DNA of 63,082 bases, filler included, from Octopus bimaculoides (taxonomy: Eukaryota): assembly GCF_001194135.2 (NCBI RefSeq). It is 3 parts of 3 records of this genome, joined end to end, with 100 filler letters (N's around TTAATTAATTAA, not from the genome) between each part and the next. Parts side by side here need not be neighbours in the genome. Positions count along the whole stretch, not along the records: positions 1 to 31,153 come from NC_068987.1; 2 more parts are not named here. The stretch is one strand, 5' to 3'. Below, piece after piece: positions 1-11,155 of the stretch. A program made the position numbers and the translations under genes. Below the pieces are notes generated by a model. The model searched no databases, was not told the origin of the DNA, and saw nothing but the letters and a program-made list of their open reading frames with translations. Position 1 is the stretch's first letter. Every line of letters begins with the position of its first letter.

Positions 1-1809
1 ATATATATATATATATAAGAACAATGTATAATTGTCAGTTTATTACAGATGTTCCTTACGTAACTTTTTAATAGCAGAATGAGAACATTACTCAGTTGTA
101 AAAAACCGTAATCATCAGATAAATAATTTTTTAAACAAAAGAATATCCTAAGAATACAGCAGAGATGTGGCTGAAGTCTGTCGAAGCTAACTATGAAATT
201 GGAAAATGACCAACAAATTTGGCCGTTGAGTTAAAGAATATAGTACTTGAAAGTGTGTAATATGAGTCTAAGATCAGCCCCTGGGCGCTAAATGCTCACG
301 GGGTGGGTTTCCTTTGTGTACCCAACCGGAATATCCAATTTGATACTTACCAACCAATGTCCGGATGCACAGGTTTATTCAGTCCTTCCTGGTGCATATT
401 TTTTCAAATATCTAATTTTATTCGAATTTTTATTTTACTCTTTAACACACGCGCGCACACAGACACATTCTTTTAGTTTTTTTAATTCTTTTACTTGTTT
501 CAGTCAGCCAAGAGTACGTACCTCCATATACTTATAATGCATACAGGGATGCATTTTGTCGTTGGGTCTCGCTCGTTGTGATGTTTACGTCAGCGATGTA
601 ATAGGAAAAAGTAGAAACGAAATGGAAATATAATGAAAATACAGAAAAATCTATTGATGCGGGAGAGAAATGTCTTTTGGTAAAGTTGTTGCATATAATT
701 CATTATCATCATAAGAAATGCATTGAATTACTGATGGATCTGTCGTTAATCTGGATATAATGGCACAGCTGTTTACAAGGTAACCTTTTATATAATATAA
801 TAGAAACATGACTTAAAATTCGTTTGAGAAGAAACGCGATGTACAATCAACGTAGCATTCCGGATATTATTGACATAAACAGATACATTTCCAGGTACAG
901 TGAGGCACAACAAGGTCTGTCTAACGCGCCATTTTTCTACAAGACCTAGGATATCAGCCACTGCAAATTATTACACGTGCTACAAATATGCTATATTTAA
1001 ACGCCATTGTCTAAAGGCTGCAGCTATGAATGTAACAGAATTGTGAAGGTTAGAAAAAACACGATGCAAGGAACTTATGATTAAATTGTGAAGTGGCTTT
1101 CGTTTGCCTTCTAAAAATCAACCAGCTAAGGCGATTAACTTGATGTTCAAGGAAATGCGAATCTAAGATCTCCTTTCAGTTTTCAAAGTAGAATCCTTCA
1201 CCTAGAATGTCAGATCGCCTCAAGACAAATCCCTCGTCAATGACATTCATTACATGGATCGATCTCTCAAAAGGCATTTCAAAATAAGTCATTTCCTTTC
1301 CCCCACCATCTCTTTCTAACTATATCCTCCCTGTCTCTTCATATATCAATGCCTTTCGAATTCTTTGCGAAATCTCGATTTCTTCCTCCTTAACCTTCTT
1401 TACATTTGCCTCATTCCAAAGTTTTATTTAGTGCTCTCTGTCTCTCTCGTTCTCTCTCTTTATCTCTCTTTTTATCTCTCTCTCTCTCTCTCTTTGTGTC
1501 TGTTTATAAAGAGTTAGTGACATATGTCTATTTGGTTCAGTTTATATAATTGAATTATTTCTATGCCTGTAATTTCCCTCTTTATAAACATTTTGTATAT
1601 TAATTCCCCGACGTATTGCTAATATATCTCTCCTTCTCTTTCTCACTGCATGCTTTCTAAGAAACAGATCAAATATGTTTATTTTCTTATGAATGATTTT
1701 GTTATTAACAACCTAATTCCCGAAATTTCTTTGATAATAATAGTAATAATAATAAGGTTTTCGAATTTTTACACAATAATCATTTCTACAATGGGAACAC
1801 AATCAGCCA

Positions 1810-2172
1810 TATCGGGGGAGGAGGTAAGTCTATTATTCGATCATCGTTTTCAACTTGTTCTTATTTTATCGATCCTGTAGACAAGGTAAGGCAAAGTCAA
1901 CCTCGGCGGCATTTGAACACAAAGGGACATAATGTCGCTAAGCAATTTTGCCCGGCAGCGTAATAGCCTTTCCACTGAAGGCACAAGGCCTGAAATTTAG
2001 TGTGTGGGCGGATGTGTTGATTACATCAACCCAGTGTTTCACCGGTGCTTAATTTAACTAACCCAAAAGGATGAAAGGCAAAGTGGCACAATTTGAATTC
2101 GGAATGTAATGATGGACGAAATGCCATTATGTAATTTGGCTGGCGTGCTAACGATTCTGCCAGCTCGCAGCC
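1810..2172 (-). mobile_element. Two adjacent degraded copies of a short tRNA-derived SINE (family B here)
   Basis: Minus strand reads GGCTGCGAGCTGGCAGAATCGTTAGCAC (A-box-like head) and the body ...GATGAAAGGCAAAGT... occurs twice (about 1810-1975 and 1976-2172); same family as 35017-35245. Confidence 0.8.

Positions 2173-2173
<1 letters not shown>

Positions 2174-2246
<73 letters not shown>
2174..2246. repeat. (AAT)n microsatellite
   Basis: Perfect AAT array; explains poly-N/poly-L ORFs in the track. Confidence 0.98.
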
Positions 2247-3258
2247 CTCCCCGCCAACATTATGTCCAGTTTGTCCTCGTTAGGCAGTTCTAGTGTCTCC
2301 GGTATGTCACTGTAAACTTTCTGACTAGCTATAAAAAGCACATTCAATCCACACCCCCAGCAATTTATTTGTTGGGTTCTGCTTATGATTTTTTTCCCCT
2401 TTTCTGTCCTCGTAATGTCCCCCTTCTTTGTAATGAGGCGTTCGTGCCTATCATAAAGATATCACTAGTTTACACTCTATTGTGCTTAGAATACAGTGGT
2501 GTTCCCACGATATGGCCATAGGTATTGTACGTGTTTTTCGTGAAACTCATTTTGCCGATCGATACCTACTGGGTGCTGTATTTGTCTTTTGAACCATGTG
2601 TTTTGTGAACTTTTGGACATGGTGAGCAGAATTAAATGTCACATGCTTTTACCTGCTGATACCTGCTTGGTGCCTATATTTACTCTTGTATATACCTAAC
2701 TGATACGGACTTCCCTATTGATGTCTTCTGTTTTTAAATTATAAAATATACCCGAGGGAAGTATAGAACTTTACATTCTAACTCTAAATAGCGTCATATC
2801 ATTTTAAAGTTTTGTCATTTACTTTTAACCGATGGACTACTTTATTGTACCTCATTTCTATATTTTGTTTTATTTTATATCGATTTATATTATATATTCG
2901 AAATTTTGAATCGTATTAATTTTAACAGCAACTTGATTCGGAACTGCTATGAAATGATATATATGTGTATTGTGTTATACCTTTAGCTCAAATTTATTAT
3001 TCTTAATTTATTTGTATGTTATCGGTTAACATGATATATTCGTGTATAAAATTTTATATTATATGTTCTATTTCTTGCATCTTCCTTCTTATATATTTCT
3101 ATTTTTTTAATTTTATTTTCTTACGTTATCTTTCTTCCGTTATTCTGATATCTTTTTATTCCTTATGTTTGATTGATTATGTTGTATCTCTTAGATATGT
3201 TCATTGAGGGCGTGTGATATGTTGAGTCGTTAACCCAGCGTTTTTATTCTATAACTAA

Positions 3259-3309
<51 letters not shown>

Positions 3310-3830
3310 ATCTTATATAAAATTGACCTGAAAGTGTGTATATTTACTTTTCACGCGAAAACGGCTACGCGAATTGCTTCCATACTTGAGATACATAAAG
3401 AATTTGACATCTTCAGTTTATTATATTTTTATCAAAAATAAATCATATTACTTTATATTAATGAATCACTTCTTGACAAAGGTTTCTCAATGTCAACCTC
3501 AGGTATCGACGTAGCAACGGCCAAATTTTCCGATTTCATTTGTAAAACTTTCACTCTCTGTTTTAATGTTTTCATTCGAAGTTTTAATTCGTTATTTGAT
3601 AACAACTACTATGAATTACTGAAAGAAATATTTACTAAGTTCACAAATTTAAATATTCGCTACAAGCTTTCATTTATACGATTTTTTTCGTTTCATTTTT
3701 ATTTCATTCATTGTTAGCAATGTTCTCTCTCTCTCTCTCTCGCTCTCACACGCACACACACACGTTTTTTGTATGTACGTTTGCAGATATGTATGTATGT
3801 ATGTGTTTGGGTGTGTGTGTGTGTGTGTAA

Positions 3831-3907
3831 GGGTACTCTTCTACTATGGTCTCATGCCAACCAGACCCTTGTCAGTGGATTTGGTAGACAGAAACTGAAA
3901 CCCCGTC

Positions 3908-3910
<3 letters not shown>
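3831..3910 (+). mobile_element. Internal fragment of long tRNA-derived SINE (family A here)
   Basis: TCTTCTACTATG...GTGGATTTGGTAGACAGAAACTGAAA matches the body of the full copy at 39333-39776. Confidence 0.75.
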
Positions 3911-3939
<29 letters not shown>

Positions 3940-4852
3940 NNNNNNNNNNNNNNNNNNNNNNNNNNNNNNNNNNNNNNNNNNNNNNNNNNNNNNNNNNNNN
4001 NNNNNNNNNNNNNNNNNNNNNNNNNNNNNNNNNNNNNNNNNNNNNNNNNNNNNNNNNNNNNNNNNNNNNNNNNNNNNNNNNNNNNNNNNNNNNNNNNNNN
4101 NNNNNNNNNNNNNNNNNNNNNNNNNNNNNNNNNNNNNNNNNNNNNNNNNNNNNNNNNNNNNNNNNNNNNNNNNNNNNNNNNNNNNNNNNNNNNNNNNNNN
4201 NNNNNNNNNNNNNNNNNNNNNNNNNNNNNNNNNNNNNNNNNNNNNNNNNNNNNNNNNNNNNNNNNNNNNNNNNNNNNNNNNNNNNNNNNNNNNNNNNNNN
4301 NNNNNNNNNNNNNNNNNNNNNNNNNNNNNNNNNNNNNNNNNNNNNNNNNNNNNNNNNNNNNNNNNNNNNNNNNNNNNNNNNNNNNNNNNNNNNNNNNNNN
4401 NNNNNNNNNNNNNNNNNNNNNNNNNNNNNNNNNNNNNNNNNNNNNNNNNNNNNNNNNNNNNNNNNNNNNNNNNNNNNNNNNNNNNNNNNNNNNNNNNNNN
4501 NNNNNNNNNNNNNNNNNNNNNNNNNNNNNNNNNNNNNNNNNNNNNNNNNNNNNNNNNNNNNNNNNNNNNNGCCACTTGGAATATCACTTCATCAGCTGTC
4601 TCTATTCTATCTAGACGTTTCGAAGACAAGACAGAACGTACTCTAGAATAGTCTCTTCCTGAGTAGTGGATCAACCCACTACACAGAGGATTCCAAGGTG
4701 GCAAACACAAACCAAGACAGGAAAAAATGGACAGTGAAAACAACATTCAAAAGCCGTACGGCCAAACGCAAATCTGAGGTAGAACGCTAGTAGTTCGTCT
4801 TGCCTTCACAGCGGCTGGAGTGAAAAGAAAGTTGACCACAGGTCACACGAGA

Positions 4853-4960
4853 GCACGTACGTCCGTTCTAACGAAATATGAACGTACGTGCGTCCGTTCC
4901 CTTTCGTCTGCACGTACGTCCGTTCTAACGAAATATGAACGTATGTGCGTCCGTTCCCTT
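4853..4960 (+). repeat. 51-bp direct repeat (period 57) with internal 10-bp hairpin
   Basis: 4853-4903 and 4910-4960 differ at one base; GCACGTACGT (4853-4862) is the reverse complement of ACGTACGTGC (4882-4891). Confidence 0.95.
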
Positions 4961-5210
4961 ATCATAGTAGGTGCCTTAGGTATGATAAAAAAATATTCAG
5001 ACAAATACATAACAAAAACACAAGGACTTACAAATAAATATATATAGCATACAGAAAATTGCACTACTGGGCAATGCACACATCCTACGCCAAACACTTC
5101 CAATACAGTAACCATAAGAGCATCACAACAAGCCACAGCACATACCCAAGGCACACAGAGCTACGCTCGGTAGTGAAGTGAAAGCACGTTATAAAAATAA
5201 AACTACTGAA
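4960..5210 (+). mobile_element. 3' end of Dong/R4-type RLE LINE
   Basis: 4960-4983 is identical to 48091-48114 (TATCATAGTAGGTGCCTTAGGTAT, IIVGALG); terminus AAAATAAAACTACTGAA shared with the copy ending at 48300; followed by a degenerate (AAT)n. Confidence 0.85.
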
Positions 5211-5242
5211 CAATGATAATAACAATAATAATAATAATAATC

Positions 5243-5640
5243 ATAGTAACCTTTAGGAGGAACAAACTAGAGTGCCTAATAATTGACCTAGCAGTGCCAG
5301 ATCAACACATCATCATGGAAGGAAGAGAAAAATTTGATAAATATGGAGACTTGAGAATTGAGATCGCTAAGTTAAATAAAGTTTATCCCTATTGCCATCG
5401 AAGCACTGGGTTCAATACCATTCAATCTGGAAAAAAAAAAAATCAGGAAACTTTAGAATTGCCCTACAATCTAGTTGTATTGCAAAAGTCGGTTTTACTT
5501 GGAACCGCACTCATATTGCGTAAAGTAGTCTATCTGTCTGAGGTCCTTGTTGCGATTTGACAAACAGTACAAACCCTCGGTAGACACATTATCTTCAATC
5601 AACAACCTCACGTTATTGTATACTGTGTGACTACAATCAA
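5243..5640 (+). mobile_element. Dong/R4-type RLE LINE 3' fragment, second subfamily
   Basis: Translates CLIIDLAVPDQ...EKFDKYGDLRIEIAKL...LQKSVLLGTALILRKVV, the C-terminal RLE region of R4/Dong LINEs; frameshifted; starts after (AAT)n. Confidence 0.85.
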
Positions 5641-6610
5641 TAATGGCAATATAATATAACAGCAGCAGCAGCAGCAACATCAACAGAAGCAATACGAATA
5701 ATTTTATTCCGATCTAAAAGTCTCATATCACAATTTGTGATATGTACACTTTCAATAGAAATACTGATTTTGTTTTTCATTTATTGTTGGATTAATTAAT
5801 AAATTATTGCACTACAGCATTTATTAAATGTTGATGTCTTTTCTTTCAAATGACACTGTAATTTGAAATTGCGCATTCTTAGCTGCAGTTCTAGATAATT
5901 ATGTACTATCAATTATGATTTTGTGATATTCATGCATTTGTCTTATAAATGCAATTATTTCAATAAGTAAATCTTAATTTAAAACGTATTCTTAAATATT
6001 ATCACCTATATTTAATTCTACCACGAGCACACCAAATTTTTTGTAGTTTCTCTTTTGCCTCAGCATTTTCGAGATGCGTATGAACCTTACATTCCTCCGG
6101 TGTTAATCCTACTCTTGTACAAGTGTTTAATATCCATCGCATCGTGTGTGATTTGAGGAAAATTGTTCTGCTATTACTTGCAGGTTGAGTGATCAAGAAA
6201 AGCATCCCTCGGTGTTTTGAATCAATTTTGAAATATAAGATTAATGAACTCACGAAATATTTATATATTGCGTGTAGCGGAATATTAATATATTGAATGT
6301 GCTACATGGTATTTGATATTAAAATGTAGGATTGTCACGGCAAGGCTGCTTTGATATTAAGGCTGAATTAGTGAAAGTATCCACAGCAACATATACTCAT
6401 CTCTCCATAAATTAACTCACAGCTGCCTTACATTTTCTATGTAAAAAAATCTTATGCGGGATACAAAGCAAGCCAACTTGTCTATTATGCAATTGAAAAT
6501 ATACATAACTGTTAAAATATCTAGTAATATCAAATAGCGATCAATTCATAAAATAGTATGTGAGGAGAGGGACATATTGAATGTCGGCAGGATTCTTTGA
6601 TTTATTTGGG

Positions 6611-6803
6611 GTTGCTTCAATCATTTGACTGCGGCCATGCCGGAGCACCGCCTTTTTAATCGAGCAAATCGACCCTAGAACTTATTCTTTATAAGCTCAG
6701 TATTCTATCTGTCTCTTTTTACCAAACCGCTAAGTCACGGGGACGCAAACACGCCAGAATCGGTTGTCAAGCGATATTGTGGGCACACACACACACACAC
6801 ACA

Positions 6804-6854
<51 letters not shown>

Positions 6855-7014
6855 CAGGCTTCTTTCAGTTTCTGTCTACAAAATTCACTCACAAGTCTTT
6901 GGTCGGCGCGAGGCTATTGTAGAAGATATTTGCCTTTGGCGTTCACGCAGTGGGACTGAACACGGAATCATGTGGTTGGCAAGCAGACTATTTACCACGC
7001 AACTACTCCTGTGC
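6611..7014 (-). mobile_element. Near full-length SINE family A with internal (CA)n
   Basis: tRNA-like head (GCACAGGAGTAGTTGCGTGGTAA...GTGTTCAGTCCCACTGCG) and tail ...GCATGGCCGCAGTCAAATGATTGAAGCAA on the minus strand. Confidence 0.9.
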
Positions 7015-7434
7015 ATATAATGTTGCATTTGAACAAAAATAGATGCCTGATTTGTTACATGCTTGAGGTGAATGGTGCTGCTAAATCAGAATGGCAGAGT
7101 TATAGAATAGTTCTGCTAAGTCAACCTTGGCCGAGTGAAAAAACAAGAAGAGTATCTGCTAAATTTATCCATGTTGTTTATAGAAATGTTCGTACTATAT
7201 TTTAAAAGTGAAATTGCTGTCTTGTTTCTGGCTCTCTCTTCCCCCCTCTCTCTCTTTTTCGCTCTCTTGTTGCTTTGTGTAATATGCAATAAATTATTTC
7301 TCTGCTGAACACTTGTGCTTCCGTATGCAATTGCACTTGGAACATTCACTACAACGGATGTAACTACAAACCATAATGACGAAAATTACGTAGGGAATAA
7401 ATGGTATAAGATATATCTTCTGTTTATCATAATT

Positions 7435-7478
<44 letters not shown>

Positions 7479-7848
7479 TTTAGATATATATATATATATA
7501 TGTATGTAATGTGTGTGTATGTATATACATATATATATACATATATATGCGCGCATGCATGTGTGTGTGTGTATTTGCGTGACTGTCACTTGTGTGTATA
7601 AATATGTGCTTTTTCTTACTTTTGTATACAAGCATTCTTTGTAGAATGAGAAATCTGATTTCTAGCAAAGAAACAATATTTCCATCATTGAGTTTGGATA
7701 ACAACAACAACAATAATGGTGTAAATCCACTGTTCAGGAAGACTTACATATTTTCCTCTCCACTTAGAGGTAGTATCCCTTTCTTTAAGGTATGTTTTAG
7801 CAGATATTTTCTTTGCGTAATAATTGTAGCTTCTCCAGATCATCCCTT

Positions 7849-7981
7849 GCTTAAATGAAATTCGTGCTTCGATATATAAGAATCAGTGGATAAAAAACTT
7901 TTACTTCTTTTCGGAAGCTCACCGAGCGGTGGAAATACACCGTACATGCAGTCCAAGTCGAAGCACGAATTTCGTCTAAGC
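7849..7981 (-). promoter_or_regulatory. Exon-intron inverted repeat (candidate editing-complementary sequence)
   Basis: 7857-7872 GAAATTCGTGCTTCGA and 7958-7973 TCGAAGCACGAATTTC are a perfect 16-bp inverted repeat; in minus-strand RNA it extends to 24 bp (7849-7872 / 7958-7981) with one C-A mismatch and one G-U pair. The repeat is certain, the function inferred. Confidence 0.7.
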
Positions 7982-8003
7982 TGGTGGCGGGAAACGAGGG
8001 CAC
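7923..8003 (-). CDS. Candidate coding exon E4 (phase 1-1, 81 nt): ALVSRHQLRRNSCFDLDCMYGVFPPL
   Basis: Acceptor cttctgttgatgtcgtAG at 8005-8004, donor G|GTGAGC at 7922; length divisible by 3, open frame, GC/CpG-rich and not similar to any repeat in the window. Product not recognised. Confidence 0.6.
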
Positions 8004-8743
8004 CTACGACATCAACAGAAGTGACGCGTGACAGTTTCCCTCGTGTGTCAATTCATAGTTGTTATACTATGAATGAAAAAGTAAAGCTTATTGCTTAGAA
8101 CTAAGACGTAAGTACTTAAATTAGATTCGTGTTTTGATACATTAGGAACAATACATAAAACTTTAGCTTGTATTGGAGAAGGTTGTCAAACTGTAGGAAA
8201 ACATGGTATAGACAAAAGAAAGTGCATTCAATTAAAATGAACATGTGAATATACAGTCAGAATTTATAATTCTGTGGTACTGACTGTGATAAAATATCTC
8301 CGTAGACAATTTTCTGTTAGCAGATCATCCTTTATCTCAAACATTTCCCCAGCATTATGACATCTTGCACTGTTTTCCTTTACCATAATTCATGAATGAT
8401 AATTTTAATTCAGTGCTGCTTCAATGGCGTAAAGCGAGTTCAGTTTTTCTACAGCCCGAAAAGACTTCGGCAATATTATTGAATGTTTTATCAACCTCTT
8501 CTTACGCGTTGAAGCAGAAATTCCATTTAAGCAATTGTCAAAGAAATGCACCGTATTGAAAAGCCTCAACAAACTTCTAGCATCCCCGCCGACATTGAGA
8601 GTTACGAAATCGACGATGTCTGTCGATTTCTGATATATTCTTGTATTAGCAACGCAGTAAATTCTGCAAAGAGATTTAATCTTAGACAGTTTAGCAGCAT
8701 TATGCCTTATAGTGGTATTTGGGTACTCTTCTTCTCTTTAACT

Positions 8744-9120
8744 CTTTTACACGTTTCAGACATTTGACTGCGGTTATGGTGGAGAACCTCCTTTAGTCGA
8801 AGAAATCAATCCCAGGATTTATTATTTGTAAGCTTAGCATTTTTCTATTGGTCTCTTTTTTGCTGAACCGCTAACTTTCCGGGTCATAAACGCACCAACA
8901 TCGGTTGTCAAGCGATGGGGTGGGGGGGCAAATACAGATACAAAGACACACACATATAAATAAATAAATAAATATATATATATATATATGTGCACGAGGG
9001 GATTATTTCAGTTTGCGTCTACTAATCACAACGCTTTGGTCAGCCCGAAACTATAGCAGAAGTTGACTAAGGTGCCAGGTAGCTGGAAACGAAGATTCTT
9101 ACCACACTGCCACACCAGCG
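8744..9120 (-). mobile_element. Degraded SINE family A copy
   Basis: Same body/tail motifs as 6611-7014 (CATTTGACTGCGG, AACCGCTAA, CATCGGTTGTCAAGCGATG). Confidence 0.85.
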
Positions 9121-10053
9121 TCTACGTGTATGTACATATATATATATATATATATATATANNNNNNNNNNNNNNNNNNNNNNNNNNNNNNNNNNNNNNNN
9201 NNNNNNNNNNNNNNNNNNNNNNNNNNNNNNNNNNNNNNNNNNNNNNNNNNNNNNNNNNNNNNNNNNNNNNNNNNNNNNNNNNNNNNNNNNNNNNNNNNNN
9301 NNNNNNNNNNNNNNNNNNNNNNNNNNNNNNNNNNNNNNNNNNNNNNNNNNNNNNNNNNNNNNNNNNNNNNNNNNNNNNNNNNNNNNNNNNNNNNNNNNNN
9401 NNNNNNNNNNNNNNNNNNNNNNNNNNNNNNNNNNNNNNNNNNNNNNNNNNNNNNNNNNNNNNNNNNNNNNNNNNNNNNNNNNNNNNNNNNNNNNNNNNNN
9501 NNNNNNNNNNNNNNNNNNNNNNNNNNNNNNNNNNNNNNNNNNNNNNNNNNNNNNNNNNNNNNNNNNNNNNNNNNNNNNNNNNNNNNNNNNNNNNNNNNNN
9601 NNNNNNNNNNNNNNNNNNNNNNNNNNNNNNNNNNNNNNNNNNNNNNNNNNNNNNNNNNNNNNNNNNNNNNNNNNNNNNNNNNNNNNNNNNNNNNNNNNNN
9701 NNNNNNNNNNNNNNNNNNNNNNNNNNNNNNNNNNNNNNNNNNNNNNNNNNNNNNNNNNNNNNNNNNNNNNNNNNNNNNNNNNNNNNNNNNNNNNNNNNNN
9801 NNNNNNNNNNNNNNNNNNNNNNNNNNNNNNNNNNNNNNNNNNNNNNNNNNNNNNNNNNNNNNNNNNNNNNNNNNNNNNNNNNNNNNNNNNNNNNNNNNNN
9901 NNNATATACATCGAGCTTTTTTGAACGATATTGAAGAGGTGTGTGCGTTTGAAATTAAATCTATTGCGATACCTCCCTAGCTCCCTCTCTCCTTACAGAC
10001 CCACCAACCTACCTATGTATGTTTGTATGTATCTATGTATCTATCTGTCTGTC

Positions 10054-10810
10054 TCGGTCCGGACCTCCAAATGGAGAAGAACTGGGGCGAAATAACGACT
10101 AGGGTGACCACTCTCACCAAGGAATGGCCCGAGAAGAAGTTATCTCTAAAATGTTGGGCGGAGGTGCCGAACGTGTACATCACGTCCGTCATCGATTACC
10201 GTCTGACCGTCTTGCCTTGTCCCGACCCTACCATCACCAAACTGGAACGCATACTCTTCCGCTTCTTGTGAAAGGGAAGCTTTCCGATGGTTAGGCGATC
10301 CATTTGCTGTCAATACCCGCTAAATGGAGGGCTTGGCATGCCGTGGTTGATGATGCGTAGACATGTGCTGAGACTGCGATATCTCCGGCGCTTCATAGAC
10401 GACGGTAAACCGGTGTGGTCACCGTTTCTACGGCGCGCTTTCCCGCAGCTCGTCTCCTTGGCCGAACTGCAGTCGTGAATCAAGCAGAGACCCAGGCTAG
10501 GCGAATGGCACAGCGAGTGTCACGTTGCTCTCAAGCAACTCTGCCGTCCGGGACCAAACTTGTGCGACTTCATTACAACAAAGGCGTTCTACAGAGGATT
10601 AATGGAGGGTAGTACAACAACGTTTTCGGACAGAATTTGGGCGTCGACAAAGGACAGCTGACCCGCCTGTTCAGGACAACTTTCGGGCCAGGACCTATGG
10701 ACAATCACCAAAGATCCCTGGTCTGGCATTGCTATCGACAAGCATTCCCTGTTCGAGATAAGCTCTACAGGCACGGTTCGAGACACACGAGACCTTTTCC
10801 AACCTTTTCA
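10054..10810 (+). mobile_element. Tx1/L1-clade LINE ORF2 fragment (post-RT region), 5'-truncated
   Basis: GPDLQMEKNW...LSLK...YRLTVLPCP...LFRFL / VRRSICCQYPLNGGLGMPWL...LRLRYL / WHCYRQAFPVRDKLYRHG; stops and frameshifts; begins right after a TATC/TGTC repeat. Confidence 0.85.
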
Positions 10811-11022
10811 CAGGGATTCCCATCAGTGGTTCCCACCCATTGCATCNNNNNNNNNNNNNNNNNNNNNNNNNNNNNNNNNNNNNNNNNNNNNNNNNNNNNN
10901 NNNNNNNNNNNNNNNNNNNNNNNNNNNNNNNNNNNNNNNNNNNNNNNNNNNNNNNNNNNNNNNNNNNNNNNNNNNNNNNNNNNNNNNNNNNNNNNNNNNN
11001 NNNNNNNNNNNNNNNNNNNNNN

Positions 11023-11059
<37 letters not shown>

Positions 11060-11060
<1 letters not shown>

Positions 11061-11155
11061 CCGTATGAAACTTTGAATTTAGTTCATTTCACGGTCCTCC
11101 AGCACTAACTTTGCTGATAACCGGGGATCTGCGGATCCGAAGTTGGGTACCACTG
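11060..11155 (-). mobile_element. Possible hAT-type terminal fragment
   Basis: Minus strand starts CAGTGGTACCCAAC, resembling hAT/Charlie TIRs (CAGTGGTTCCCAAC); no matching 8-bp TSD found. Confidence 0.3.

Noticed and set aside
6002-6253. 83-aa minus ORF (RWILNTCTRVGLTPEECK...)
   Set aside because: No recognisable family, poor acceptor and phase 2 boundaries incompatible with the exon chain.
7923-7981. Similarity of RRNSCFDLDCMYGVF to ITP/CHH N-termini (SFFDIQCKGVY), PDE4 (CFDVDNG) or vasopressin-type C-x4-C rings
   Set aside because: Only a few residues match and the rest of each family signature is absent; no gene symbol assigned.
7849-7981. Pre-miRNA interpretation of the hairpin
   Set aside because: The 85-nt loop is too large and spans a splice donor.
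10824-11155. hAT MITE defined by CAGTGGTTCCCA (10824) and its inverse (11142-11155)
   Set aside because: Flanking 8-mers (ATTCCCAT vs GTCTACGC) do not match and a gap separates the ends.
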